Assembly: GCA_030141605.1 (NCBI GenBank) | Contig: JAQGDQ010000035.1 | Location: forward strand, 372,001 to 436,000 | DNA: 64,000 bases | Direction: 5' to 3' | Source: Tubiluchus corallicola | Taxonomy: Eukaryota; Animalia; Priapulida | Shown here: piece after piece, positions 25,411-37,461 of the stretch | Position numbering within the stretch: position 1 is the first letter of the stretch | Layout: each line of letters begins with the position of its first letter | Notes under the pieces: model-generated | The model's database searches: none | What the model saw: only the letters and a program-made list of their open reading frames with translations | What the model was told of the DNA's origin: nothing | Position numbers and translations under genes: made by a program

Positions 25411-27703
25411 TTACTCCTGTTATTCATATTCAATGTCAACACTCTAGGTCAACATTCTTGCTGACCGAAAATGAATGAAGTAATAGAAAACACTCTAAGA
25501 GCCTTAAAATTCTTAGAAAACAATTAACAGGTACGTTGACATTTTTATGGGCTACACGTATGCTTGGGCGTATTTTGCTTGAAAATATCACCTAAACAAC
25601 TTTGGAATACATACATATTATGTAAACAGGGATACAAGTGAATTAAAAGCTCCAAAACAGGCTAAAGGCAAAACGCGTGGCAATGTGTGCAAAAGTTATG
25701 CACAAATATGTTAACATTACCTGAAACGCCAGTTTAGATTGTATCATATTTTACGGTTTCAGATGCAACTCCCAATTAAAGTAAAGGAGAGATTAGCCAC
25801 AAGAATCTTGTAACGTTTGTGCAAAGGACAAGGCGCAAGCGTTTACTTACGGGGAAAATCTGTAAAACTATCATAACAAAAGCTGCATTTAAGTGTCGTT
25901 TTAGTAAAAAGCGACTTGAAGTTTATGCGCCGTAAAGAGCAGTCACTTTGCCTTCAGCAGTCATGCGACACTATTGTTTTATAAGGTTTTATGGGATCGT
26001 TTTGTTCCTGAATTTTATGTCGATGGACGCCTGAAAAAGCCTTAAGAATTAATTTTAGCTGCTGGATCATTAATGAAAAAACACCTGTACACTGAATAGA
26101 GAAACCTCAAGTTGTTAAACATGCCCATCATATTTTCATTAGACAAGCGTTACAAGAAGATATGAACAACATCTCCTCCAAGCACTTGAGAAAAACCAAG
26201 AAGTACATTAATACTCATCTTTGTTCTTATTACTCCCAATTACCCAGTCATGTCAGCGACTTGTTACTCACAGAAATAATTAGTTTCATTTAAACCTATT
26301 GTGAGCTTACTGTTGATTTTCTTACCCTTACCCACTGACATAAGTAGTCGTTTCTCTCTTACATTCCATTGGACGGGAATATTAGAACCGGATACGTCTA
26401 CATAATCATACATATGTTATATTCTGCTAAGCGCTCGTTGCAAATTCCAGCGAAGACTACGTCATAACTTGGCAATTCTTCTTAAATGCAAATTTCGTTT
26501 AAGTTATGCACACCAATTAAATTTTTCTTGATTGAAAATAATTCTCGTTTCTCGGATTATAATTATAATTCACTTTAATACTCATCTTTTCGCCTCATTT
26601 TAGGCCTCCAAGATCAATGTGCGTTTGATTTACATTTCCAAGTTTTCAACTGCACATTTGTTTTTAGCCTAAGTGTTTGATGTTACCTTAGCGTAACTTG
26701 TAACGTTTGTAAATTTACTTATTTAAGCTGGGTAAAATTTTGTACCAGGAAATATTTGCTGTAGGTAAGATCGGGACTAACGTTAGGTTCTCTTTTTCTC
26801 ATACAGCTTTTTTGCTTTTAATTGTGTTATCTGGTTAATCCATTGATATGCAATTGTTGGATTTACCATAATTAGTGCTTATTACCGCCTTATTACCGCA
26901 TCAATTGTCTGACTTACTTCTAGCTAAAGTTTAAAGCTAGAACAAAAATTTATATGTACTAAAACAAGCGGCATTTCATTTTTTCTAGTTATTAATTTTT
27001 TACTACTTTTGTCTCCTGAATCTTAATAGCTTTTTACAATTTCGGGCACTACAATCTGGAATCCAGCATTGTCGAAACTAATTAATGCTGATGCTTGTGG
27101 CAAGACCGTAACCTGACCCAGTAACCCCCTGAGATGAGCTATTGAATTGGCCACAACGAAAGAAACAACGCTCGAATCAATATCGTGAATAAAACTTCTC
27201 AGACCGAGTATTGAACACAGGCCGTCGCGAGCAATTTACTGACCATCCTCAGTACAACTGTATAAGTCTTAATTACAGTGACGAACCACATACACAAGCT
27301 ATTTACTTCGTCTTAAGGTCGCCTGTAAATTTTAATCTATTATTGTTGCGCTTCTTCTAAGCTTAGTGTCAATACAAGAGTTAAATTTATACTTTAATGC
27401 AGCTTGCAACAAAGATAATCACAGAAAGTGAAATATTACAGGTTAACCCTTTACTACCAAGGGTCAAACTGCCACTCACAGGTGAGTTTTTTTATGCTTT
27501 CCCAACTGGTACATTTCGAGGTAACTTTGACTTCAACTTGCTTTTTTGTCCTGCTAATGGTACCCTTTTATTATCAATCAGGAAATTATTTTCTAACCAC
27601 TTGATAAAAACCCCAATCCAACGATGCGGTAACCTTTAAACTCTATTCATTTAAATCAATATTTATATTATGACGGGCGGATGCAAACAAATTACAATGT
27701 TAA

Positions 27704-28310
27704 CGGAAGAGAGGATGAATGTTCATATACTACACCATTTTCAAGGCTGATAAAAAGTATACATTTTAACACGGTTAATACTGCAAAACGTTTCTCATAA
27801 TTAAATACTAGATTAAAAACTTAATTAACGGCGGGCGAGCCCAACTAATGATCACATCACAAACTAACATAATTTCAACAGCAAAATATTCTACGAGCGT
27901 GTTGCACGTGTTTGCGAAAGGGAAATTTGAAGTACAGTGCTGCTGTAAGATATTCAGTGTGCTGTACTGAAAGTAGGCAAGTTTTAAGATAAAAATCCAA
28001 ATTTCAAATTTACCGTTGTGTTCTCGCATGAGTTGTAGGACGTGTGTAGTTCGTCAGAAACTAACACATCTGAACTAAGAGGTACAGCACGTGTTTTCGT
28101 GTAATGCGTTTCCGAAATGCAGGCACTTGTGCCCATCTTACTAACGAAGGGCATTATGCGTGTAACAGTGAAGCAATTACCACGCAAACGCGAAATTGCG
28201 CTTATGTGGTAACAATTCTTTCAAGTAAGTCATTCTTCAAAAAATACGTTCCTTTTCAACATTTTAAAGAATAGATTGTTTTTACCTACAAGATTGGGAC
28301 CGGTTTTCCT
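27704..28310 (+). mobile_element. Non-autonomous Kolobok-like DNA transposon, copy 2
   Basis: TTAA at 27700-27703 and 28311-28314; ends CGGAAGAG...GTTTTCCT; colinear with 20650-21263. Confidence 0.8.
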
Positions 28311-29590
28311 TTAAAGTTTACTGTATTTGAATATTTGCAACGTTGTATTGTATGTTAACAATTGTTAAACGCAGTTAAGTAGTGTATCTCTGCTTAACCA
28401 CTTCCGCACTCCAAAGATTATTTTTATTGTTCAACATGCTTTTATGTTTATATTGCTTTTATATTTATTTTATTGTATTATTTATGGGTGTCAAACTAAA
28501 CTAAACTAGTTAAGCCAACATTTTTAAATTCAATCACAAGTGCTGCCGAAACGTGGTACCTAAGCAAGAACCTTCAGTAATTACAACAAAAATTATTGTG
28601 TAGATGTATCGCACTCAATTTCTGAAATCATTTTAACAAAAACGTTGTAACTGCACTATGAATATGTCGAGCTTATTGGGAGTCTTTTTATACACTGATT
28701 GATAAAACCTGCCGATATGATTGAGAATCATTCTGCGTCATAAGTGCATGAATTGGGGCTGTTAATCATCATTGTAGCTAATTACATCACTGCTATGTAC
28801 TGCAAATTAATACGCGTAGGTGAGATATTCTGAATGCTTATTCTAACGTTGACAAACTATACTAATTATTTTTGCATCTAGGCTACATTTAGTCTGAAGT
28901 GTAACCTACATATTACACCCACGTGGAAACACAAGTATTTATCCAAGCACAAGTCATCTAGACTTCTTATTTCTACTACATGAGAAGCATTTTCGTTAAC
29001 ACGCTTTCGCAAATTACCTGCGATATATTTGCAGTAGAATATTAATTATTTATTTTTGTTTAATACCAGGTACGTAAACTTTATTGATAAAAAATAAAAA
29101 TGCTTTTACAAGAAGTATAAAATATGAAAGCCAGGATAAAACGTTTATACAATGTAGAATAAAAGTTTTACAAATAAAAAGGGATAGTTAAAAGAATACG
29201 GTTAAAAGCACAAAGAGACGATGTTACTTACAATTACCTGTTAAAAGATAAATGTGATACCTTAGTGACGTGATCACTATTGAAAGCATTTTCCGTTTCG
29301 CAAAACAATGTTACTAGAACGTCACTATTGATCTTCTTGAAAAACAGTTACAGGAACGTCATGCACATGTACATGCGTCATTTCTGACGTACGAATTAGA
29401 TAAATTTAATTAAACACTTTTAGTTAGTTCCCTCGTTCATTAATTCTTTTTTTAATATTATTCGGTTATTTCATTTAAAAAAACCAACGTTATGAAACTG
29501 ATAATAACGATGTCGATAACTTAGTGATGGGTTTGTGAAACTCTGGTTGTATTAGATAATGGCACTTTAGTAGAAATACATCTTTGTCTA

Positions 29591-29974
29591 TAGCACTGTT
29601 TCTAGCTGTCGCTGTACTCCAGCTGTCACTGTCTCTAGCTGGCAATGTTTCTAGCTGTCACTGTCTCTAACTGTCACTGTCTCTAGCTGTCACTGTCTCT
29701 AGCTGTCAATGTTTCTAGCTGTCACTGTCTCTAACTGTCACTGTCTCTAGCTGTCACTGTCTCTAGCTGTCACTGTCTCTAGCTGTCACTGTCTCTAGCT
29801 GTCAATGTCTCTAGCTGTCACTGTCTCTAACTGTCACTGTCTCTAGCTGTCACTGTCTCTAACTGTCACTGTCTCTAGTTGTCAATGTCTCTTGCTGTCA
29901 CTGTCTCTAGCTGTCAATGTTTCTAGCTGTCACTGTCTCTAACTGTCACTGTCTGTAGCTGTCACTGTCTTTAG
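29591..29974. repeat. 16-bp minisatellite (AGCTGTCACTGTCTCT)n, about 23 copies
   Basis: Direct reading, with recurrent variants AATGTTTCT and AACTG. Confidence 0.95.
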
Positions 29975-31412
29975 CATTAGATTACATTTTCCCAATTGAT
30001 AATAAATATTACCATTGCCCTACTACAAAAGCAAAAATAGCGGACATAAATACTTTTTAATACTTTTCAGCCTGACTGTTTGTTTAATCTTTAGAATTCA
30101 TTTATGTATTAATCAGTTTTTCATTTCTTTATTAGTTCTTTGATTGATTTGTTTGAATTCGTTTGTTATATTTCGTACATTTGTTCATTGTTCATTCAGT
30201 TATGTGGCGGAGTTTCATTCGTTCATACACTCACTTTTTCGTTCATCCATTTCTTCATTTAGCCACTGCATCGTTAATTTATTCAATTATTTCCCCAAAA
30301 AACACGATTCCGACTCAAACAATCCGGTAATATTAATAATGAGTGATTTTTTAAAGTGAACTGAACATTGGCTACATGCCTAATGCACAGAAATGGCTAG
30401 GGGCTACAGGAGGTTCATTATAACGGCCGCTGCTCTTACGATTATTGCTAAATAATAGGAGACAAAATGAAATAAAGTTAATCAAAGCGTAGTCGCCTAC
30501 AGGTAACTGCACATATTGAAAAACGTCTTATTTGCGATCCTGCACAGCTGCTTATTATTTCTAAGCGAGATCTCAATTTTCTCCGAATTTTCCCCACTTT
30601 CTGAAGGCCAATTTTCCGTTGATTAGAACAAGGAAGGGCGTTTCTAACATCATTTTATTTTGCGTACCAAAAATAATGCAGTGGGAATTTCCCAAACGCA
30701 TTACTCTTGTCGTTCGCTAATAATAAGAATGAAGCCAAACTACGTACGATATTTACAAAAACTTCGTCAGTGTATACACAAAACAACACTGAATTAGAAA
30801 GGTTGAGAAATTTTGCATTTGTACTGGGACTCGATTTCAAGACCTCTTACTTTCTAAGTAGCTATGCTAATGGTAGCATGTGATACAAAATTTACTCCAC
30901 TGCAAACAGATTCATTTTGAACATAAAACCATTTTGAACTTGCATAACACTATACTCATGAATAAATAATGGTTGTCAGAGTTTAGACCTTAATGTTTTA
31001 ACAAGTATTTTTCAAAGTCGCATAAAACACTAATAAAAAATACATATAAATGGCATAAGAGATGTAAAGTAGGTATTTAGAGACGTAATATTTTCACTCT
31101 CATAACAACAGTCATCACCCATCGCCGCTTGATAACACAAAGTCTCCGTTTAAATAGTAAATGTGTTCCGTTAAAAATGATCTTATTATCATGTTACAAA
31201 CACCTGCTGATAACTTCCATTATGGGAGTTGGAAGTATGTCTTCAGATGCACACTTTAGATCTCGCAGGCTCTTTATGTGTTGTTTCAAAGTACTTTGTG
31301 TCTAGACATTTGGCAAGAATTTCACACAATTTCTGCCAGCTTGCAGCGCAAAACTAATAAGTAAATTACGTTAACTTAGTAGGACACCATTTCGGCCTTT
31401 CATAGCCTCGTT

Positions 31413-31550
31413 TTCAGCTGTTACAGTTGCAGCGTTTTCATAGTTACTTATTCAATAATTACAGTTACTTTAGCTTTTCCTTGTAACAAGCTTCATTGTA
31501 ACAATTGTTCTTTAGGAAATAGTCCTAAAAATCTTGAATGCTATGACTTT
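31413..31550 (+). repeat. Dispersed repeat family D, copy 1 (copy 2 at 35122-35254)
   Basis: TTCAGCTGTTACAG...CAGCGTTTTCATAGTTACTT...CAAGCTTCATTG.AACAATTGTTCTTTAG is shared. Confidence 0.85.
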
Positions 31551-31841
31551 AGTAACTAACTGGAAGTCAGTTAAATAGACAGTTCTGAAGGCATACTAAT
31601 TGAGGAAACTCTTACTAATGTCGATGTCCACAGCTGTGAGATATTTAAATGTAGCTTCGTAAGTGTCGAGCTTCGAATTGTGGAGCTAAACGAGGTAACT
31701 GTCAATAGAAACTTTCCAAAAATGAGTGTATCTGAATTAGCTGTCAAGGCAGAGATGGACGTTCAGCTTTCGCGTTCAGTTCATTCTAGCAGGGGCTGTG
31801 CATCTGGCCAAGCCTAGCTAGGTCTGAATGTAGATTCATAG

Positions 31842-31842
<1 letters not shown>

Positions 31843-31915
<73 letters not shown>

Positions 31916-31943
31916 GTCGTCGTCGTCGTCGTCGTCATCATCA
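31843..31943. repeat. Compound (ATT)(ATC)(GTC) microsatellite
   Basis: Direct reading. Confidence 0.95.
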
Positions 31944-32029
31944 TAAGTCTTTTATTTGCGCACAAATACAAATTATACTACAGTATGTGCAAGTGCTGTC
32001 ATCTATTTGTATGGCAAAATTACTTAACG

Positions 32030-32400
32030 GTAAACACAATCAAACCTGGGAGTTAAATATACATATATAAGTTAATATCACAATTTTATGTATCAATTTA
32101 TATAACAATATCTATATTAGCATAACAACATGTTGTGACATAAAAAATTTTGTTCTATTTTGACAAAATTATTTATAAAGTTTTACATCAAACTAGCCAG
32201 AAAGCCAATTTGATTGCTAATATTGATAAATGCTTTTAAAACTTCTGTATTGCGTTCGCCTATAACATGATTTATATCTAATGTTAGTAATTTATCTGTT
32301 AAGACATTTCTTTTGGTTGTATCGACTAGATGGCATTCAAACAATAAATGATGCAGAGTTTATCTGCAATAGTCTTCATAGTCAGGATTTTTCTGATGAC
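32030..32400 (-). mobile_element. Decayed LINE 3' end (L1/Tx1-like zinc-knuckle region)
   Basis: Minus strand reads TLHHLLFECH at about 32360-32330. Confidence 0.35.
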
Positions 32401-33099
32401 TAATACAGACTATGGGTGTGCAATGGATGTGTGCGGTGGTCATTGGGTGTGTGGCCTTAAAGAATCTGTGGTTGTTTTGATTAGGTAAAAATAATCCACA
32501 TTTTCACATTCTTGCATTCTGAAATGAAGTGGCGCATTACTTATATGCTTTTTCATTATCTGCCCTGCGCATTATCTTCACATTCACTGTTTTTCCACGT
32601 TTCATTTCACAAGACAGAATTTAATTTGTGAAGCCAGGAAAATGTTTCAATGATTGATTTTCTTTGTAAGCCAATCTGATACTTTCAGTATAGCAATTTG
32701 GGTTTACCACCGAGGTACCTGATACATAGCAGCTTTATGAAAAGGAAAGCTCATGGCCATTAGTTTTGCAAAATGTATAAAATTAGTTTAGCTTGGTAGG
32801 ATAGCCCGATTTGGAATGTTGCGTTGACAAATTAATGATAGGATAGTGACAGGATAGTGTTGAGGATTATACTCGTCCTTTATGAAATAAATAATGCATT
32901 GCTGCATAATACTGCACACTAGTGCATCATGAACAGAATCAACTAGTAATAATTCTGCCAAAATCAACTAGACAGTGGAGTGGCAAGAGATGATTTAGCC
33001 AATATAGTATTAAACTGTAGAACAATGCAGCAACGCAAAGGCTTCTACAATCTAGACCTTTTACCCAGGGATATACAAAATAAACCTGACTGTTGTAAA

Positions 33100-35110
33100 A
33101 ATAGAATTGGTCCTAACTGACATAAATCAATCGTGAATGATATACCGGACTTACTTCAGTATAGCACAATTGTCAATGCTAAACCTAAAGCAATCTAAAA
33201 ATGTTCCGCCTAAGTCTTTCACAACCATAGACGTGACAGTACTAATGGGTCAACTGCAAAAAGTACAGGAAGGTTTAGCTGAGTTAAAGGCAAACTCTGG
33301 GATGGAATCTGAAATGCCCACTTTGACCTGATGGCTTCATGCGACAGTACCTCATCATCAAACACGTTCTCATCCAACACAAGTGATAGTATGGAAGACC
33401 TCATGGCAGAAAATATCGTCTACCAACGGGCATATTTCATAAATTAGTGCAAAATGGGAAACCTAGTCATGGACCAATAGCAGGTCAAAGGCGCCGATGG
33501 AGAGCTAGTTTTAAGCAAGAGCTACCAGAATGTCATCATCAGCAAGAAACTATCAAAGCAGACAGGATGGCGTTTTGTGCTTATGGAGAATGACTTTAAA
33601 TTTTCGAGCAATGTGAAAAAGCAGATGCGACAGTTTCACTGTTAACGAAAATAAACAAGGCAGTTGGAAAACAAGACATCTGTGTTATGTAACATGACCA
33701 TTATAAATTACTCTTAAACAATACAAACAATTCTCATGAACGTGGAACACTGGAACACTTACTCAATAGCAACAGATTCTAAACGAACAAATGGTCTCAG
33801 TAAATGAGGTTCAAAAAAGTATCCAGTCTCTGCACAAATCAGTAGGTCCTGATGGTATGTTGGTTGAACACTATATTTTGCCAGTCAAAAAGTTTCATTG
33901 CTTCTCAGTATACTTTTACATTACGCATTTTTTTACGGCTGACTATCTCACTGACAGAATTCTTAGGCCACTCGTAAAAGACAAAAACGGTGAACTCACA
34001 GAAGCGAACAACTACCGCCCTGTCAAGTATCTCAAACAACTCTTGGAACACGGACATGTGCACCTATGCGCTTAGAGAGATTATAACATATACAATGCGA
34101 AAAATACTTGTGCCCACATATGCTTTACCGATCAGAAACTTTCGACCAAATAAATTACTATAAATTGTTTCTAAAGCTGCTTGATATTGAGTTGCCTGCT
34201 ATTATAGTATGCTTGTTATATAGTATAGCACATGCGTGTGAGATGGGGATATATTATTTCTGAGCCCTTTACAGTTTTGAATAGTGTTAGACAAGGAAGT
34301 GTACTGCCACCCAAACTCTTCCATACGTATTTTTATGATTTATCACTTATTGTAAACTTGCGCAGTTGGTGAAAGGCGTGTTAATTGCATGCTGGTGATG
34401 CTTGCCTTTTGGACTTCGAAAAAGAGCACTGCGCTTTAACAATTAATTAATATTTATATTGAATTTGCAAAAAACGATGATATTTGCATCAACGCTGGAA
34501 AAAAAGTACTTTAAATCAAGGCACATAGCATGAGTAATTAGTAATTACCAACTGTTTTGAGAGCATAGGTGACACATTACTCAAGCAAGTCATTAGTAAA
34601 AAGTATCTGGGCCATATAACTGACAATCAAGGAAGAACTGACAAAGATAGTGTTGCGGAGGCGGCCAAGAGGTCCAGGGTTCAAATTTGAATTGGCCAAA
34701 CCATGTTGCAGGCAAATGTTGTAGATGAGAAGATAGGCAAATTTAAAGAGAAAATTAAGGCGAAAACTAGCCTGAATCTCTTCCTGCGTTCCTCATTGTG
34801 ATCATGTCAACAGAACAGGTGCTTAGGTGGTAAACGCTCCTGCCCATCTGCCGACTCAACCGACGAGGCCATACCATACCAGCTACTTATAGCTGCTATA
34901 AAGTGCTGATATGCAATGGCTTCGTAATGGAACGAAACTCACAATATAGAGGGGGGGGGTCAAAAATAAATGACATTTCGTCCTCGTAACAATATCAAAA
35001 GATAGCGGTCTCTTTTATATGTTAGATCAAGCAAACTGATTCGTATCTTCTCCATCAAGGGCTAACATACTCTATTTGTCTCACTGTACAAACAGCATTT
35101 CAGCATTTTG
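33100..35110 (+). mobile_element. Decayed non-LTR retrotransposon (RTE-X/L2-group like): ORF1 and RT remnants, interrupted by a SINE
   Basis: Fragments VPPKSFTTIDVTVL (ORF1-like), GPDGMLVEH, PLVKDKNGELTEANNYRPV, NSVRQGSVLPPKLF (about 34280) and KYLGHI (34601); many frameshifts and stops. Confidence 0.8.
34651..34997 (+). mobile_element. tRNA-derived SINE with 8-bp target-site duplication
   Basis: B-box-like GGGTTCAAAT near 34677; TSD AAAGATAG at 34643-34650 and 34998-35005; 3' half also present at about 1410-1580. Confidence 0.75.
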
Positions 35111-35121
35111 ACAACTCCTTC

Positions 35122-35254
35122 TTCAGCTGTTACAGCTACAGCGTTTTCATAGTTACTTATTCAACAGTTACAGCTACTTTAACTTTTACTCAAGCTTCAT
35201 TGCAACAATTGTTCTTTAGAAAAAGGTCCAAAAATCTTGAACACTTTTAACTTT
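35122..35254 (+). repeat. Dispersed repeat family D, copy 2
   Basis: Homologous to 31413-31550. Confidence 0.85.
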
Positions 35255-36226
35255 AAATAGAAAAACTGAAACTCATTTGACACTGAGTTTGTTAGTCAGC
35301 ACCGCCTCACACAGGGCAGTCCATAACAGCAGGTAATTATATAACGAAATAGTGAAAATAAGATTAATTAATTTATCCAAATCTACATGAACCACAAGAA
35401 ACTACTGGGCTGACTGCTTTTTCAAATTTGTTACTTTTAGTATTTCTTTATGTCTTTGGATTGTCAGCAATATGTTCCCTCAACAACGCTTACTGGACAT
35501 GCCTTGAAGCAAAAAATAAACCCCATCTAGAGCTGCCAAATGTGAGATCCTCACGGAAAATTGCCAATGGTCACTTATAGAACGTTAAGTTAAGTTGCAA
35601 TATTTCAAGTTTTTTTATGAATATGCCAGATTACTAAGGAAAAATGTAGATAGTACAGAGATGAAAGGAAATATATTACAGTAGACTTATAACAACAGAA
35701 ATCGGATTGAGGGCAGAAATTCATAATCATGAATATCCATGAAAAAACTAGGCTATAATCACTGCAGTACCACAATATTATCCGTGTTATAGAAGCTCAT
35801 GACGAGTTGTGTTTGCCGCTGATTCAAAATGACTCGTTCCAAAACTTACGTATATTAATTTTTCATTCTATGTTTAATTTTTATTTGATTACAAACTGCA
35901 TGCTAATAATGCCCCTGTTCATGCCTCTAATTTATTATAAACTGCATACTAATAGCCCTGGTCATGCCTCTAACTCTGCCATAGTGCAACCAGTTAAGAT
36001 GTTATGAGTGAGGGGTGAATGTTTGATGACCGTTTGGTATTTTTCCACTCCGTTTTTCTTACTAATTATGTAATCCCACATTAACTTTTGTTATAGCTTT
36101 TTATGTATGACGCGAATATATTCAGTTCAGTTCAGTTCGAGGCTTCTATTTTTTTCTACTGCTCCCTTTATTTATTCTTTCATCCCCATATTCATTCGTT
36201 CATATGATTTCGTTCGTCCACCGGTC

Positions 36227-36400
36227 TATCCATCCATCCATCCATCCATCCATCCATCCATCCATCCATCCATCCATCCATCCATCCATCCATCCATCCA
36301 TCCATCCATCCATCCATCCATCCTTCCATCCTTCCATCCATCCGTCCATTCCTCCGTCCATCCGTCCGTCCGTCCGTCCATCCATCCATCCATCCATCCA
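36227..36400. repeat. (CCAT)n microsatellite
   Basis: Direct reading; source of the MDGW and HPSI ORFs. Confidence 0.97.
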
Positions 36401-37170
36401 ACATCTATCCGTCCAGCTATAACACGGTGTGCACCATTTTTGCTACTAACCTTGCCTATTCCGTTCCAATCATCCGTTCTATCAGTCATTCATTCATTCT
36501 TACTTAGCTATCTAGATATTTTGTGACTGTGGATGTTAATGTTACTAGTTTGGTAATAGGACGCTACACAAAAACCAAAAACAGTTTGCACAATTTGCAT
36601 GAATTAAAGTCGAATTCACATCTAGTATAAAATCCCACCAGGATATCGGCGTGCCTTTACCACAAAATCCCCTGACCTCGATATCTTTCTTCGTGAGGCT
36701 TTCTTTGCAAAGAATGAACCACGATTAAATTGGCTTCATTTGAAAACTCTCTCGCTAATTCAGTTCTTGCGCCAATTCAGTCGAATGTTCTCGGCCTCTG
36801 CAAGAAAGGAGTCCAGCGGATCGTAAAATAGCTCAGGCGAATTACACGTCCGCTGATAAGATGAGCCAGAACGCTTTATTCTCTTTTCACGGACAATTTG
36901 GCATTGAATACTAATAACAGCCATGGCTCTTATCAATACCAAACTATCTTCATAAGTAAAAGCGTTAAGTAATTCATCTGCACCTCGCGATTGCTGGGTT
37001 CGTTTTTTCACGGATTTAGAATAAAACGTGCCTAGTCGCTACGCAAGTGCTTAGTAACCACGCAAAAGGTTGATTAAGAGTCTTACACAGTTTGTGACAT
37101 CCCTGGGATCACGAAATGTGCCACACGCTAACGCTAACGATACTCTGTTTTAAAAACCCTAGCTTGTCAA

Positions 37171-37461
37171 ACGTTTACACTAGACTGAAAATATTCTATC
37201 CGTAGCGTACTTTTTAGATCCGGATCAAACGTAAACAGTCACACAGCAAGACAGATCACTCCTGGATTTTCTGTGACTATCTCCTTTATGTGATCACAGA
37301 AAATCTACACATTCGGGGTCAGCATTAATTTTGTAAATAAGTACATGTCTTGATCCTTTCGCTACGCTCTGCATACGCAGAACAGCCCTAAACAAGCACT
37401 TTTATTGCCGGGACTAAGAGGTCTATGACGTGTCACGTATTTTCTACGTAGTGTAAATAGG
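37171..37461 (-). mobile_element. Harbinger-like MITE family B, copy 3 (inverted)
   Basis: GTTTACACTAG...TAGTGTAAATAGG termini; CCGTAGCGTA, ATCCGGATC, GTGACTATCTCCT and GATCCTTTC match 14769-15141 in reverse. Confidence 0.7.

Noticed and set aside
25193-25464. Poly-Asp ORF resembling an acidic biomineralisation protein
   Set aside because: (GAT)n microsatellite like others in the window; no signal peptide or exon structure.
20497-28187. Paralogous small ORFs (MLVCDVIISWAR...) suggesting a duplicated gene
   Set aside because: Both lie within copies of the TTAA-flanked MITE, and the reading frames are not conserved between copies.
36107-36526. Several overlapping ORFs with HPSI or MDGW repeats
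   Set aside because: Translation of a (CCAT)n microsatellite.
36760-37011. 83-aa minus-strand ORF with protein-like composition
   Set aside because: GTG start, no recognisable motif or clear splice sites; better read as non-coding.
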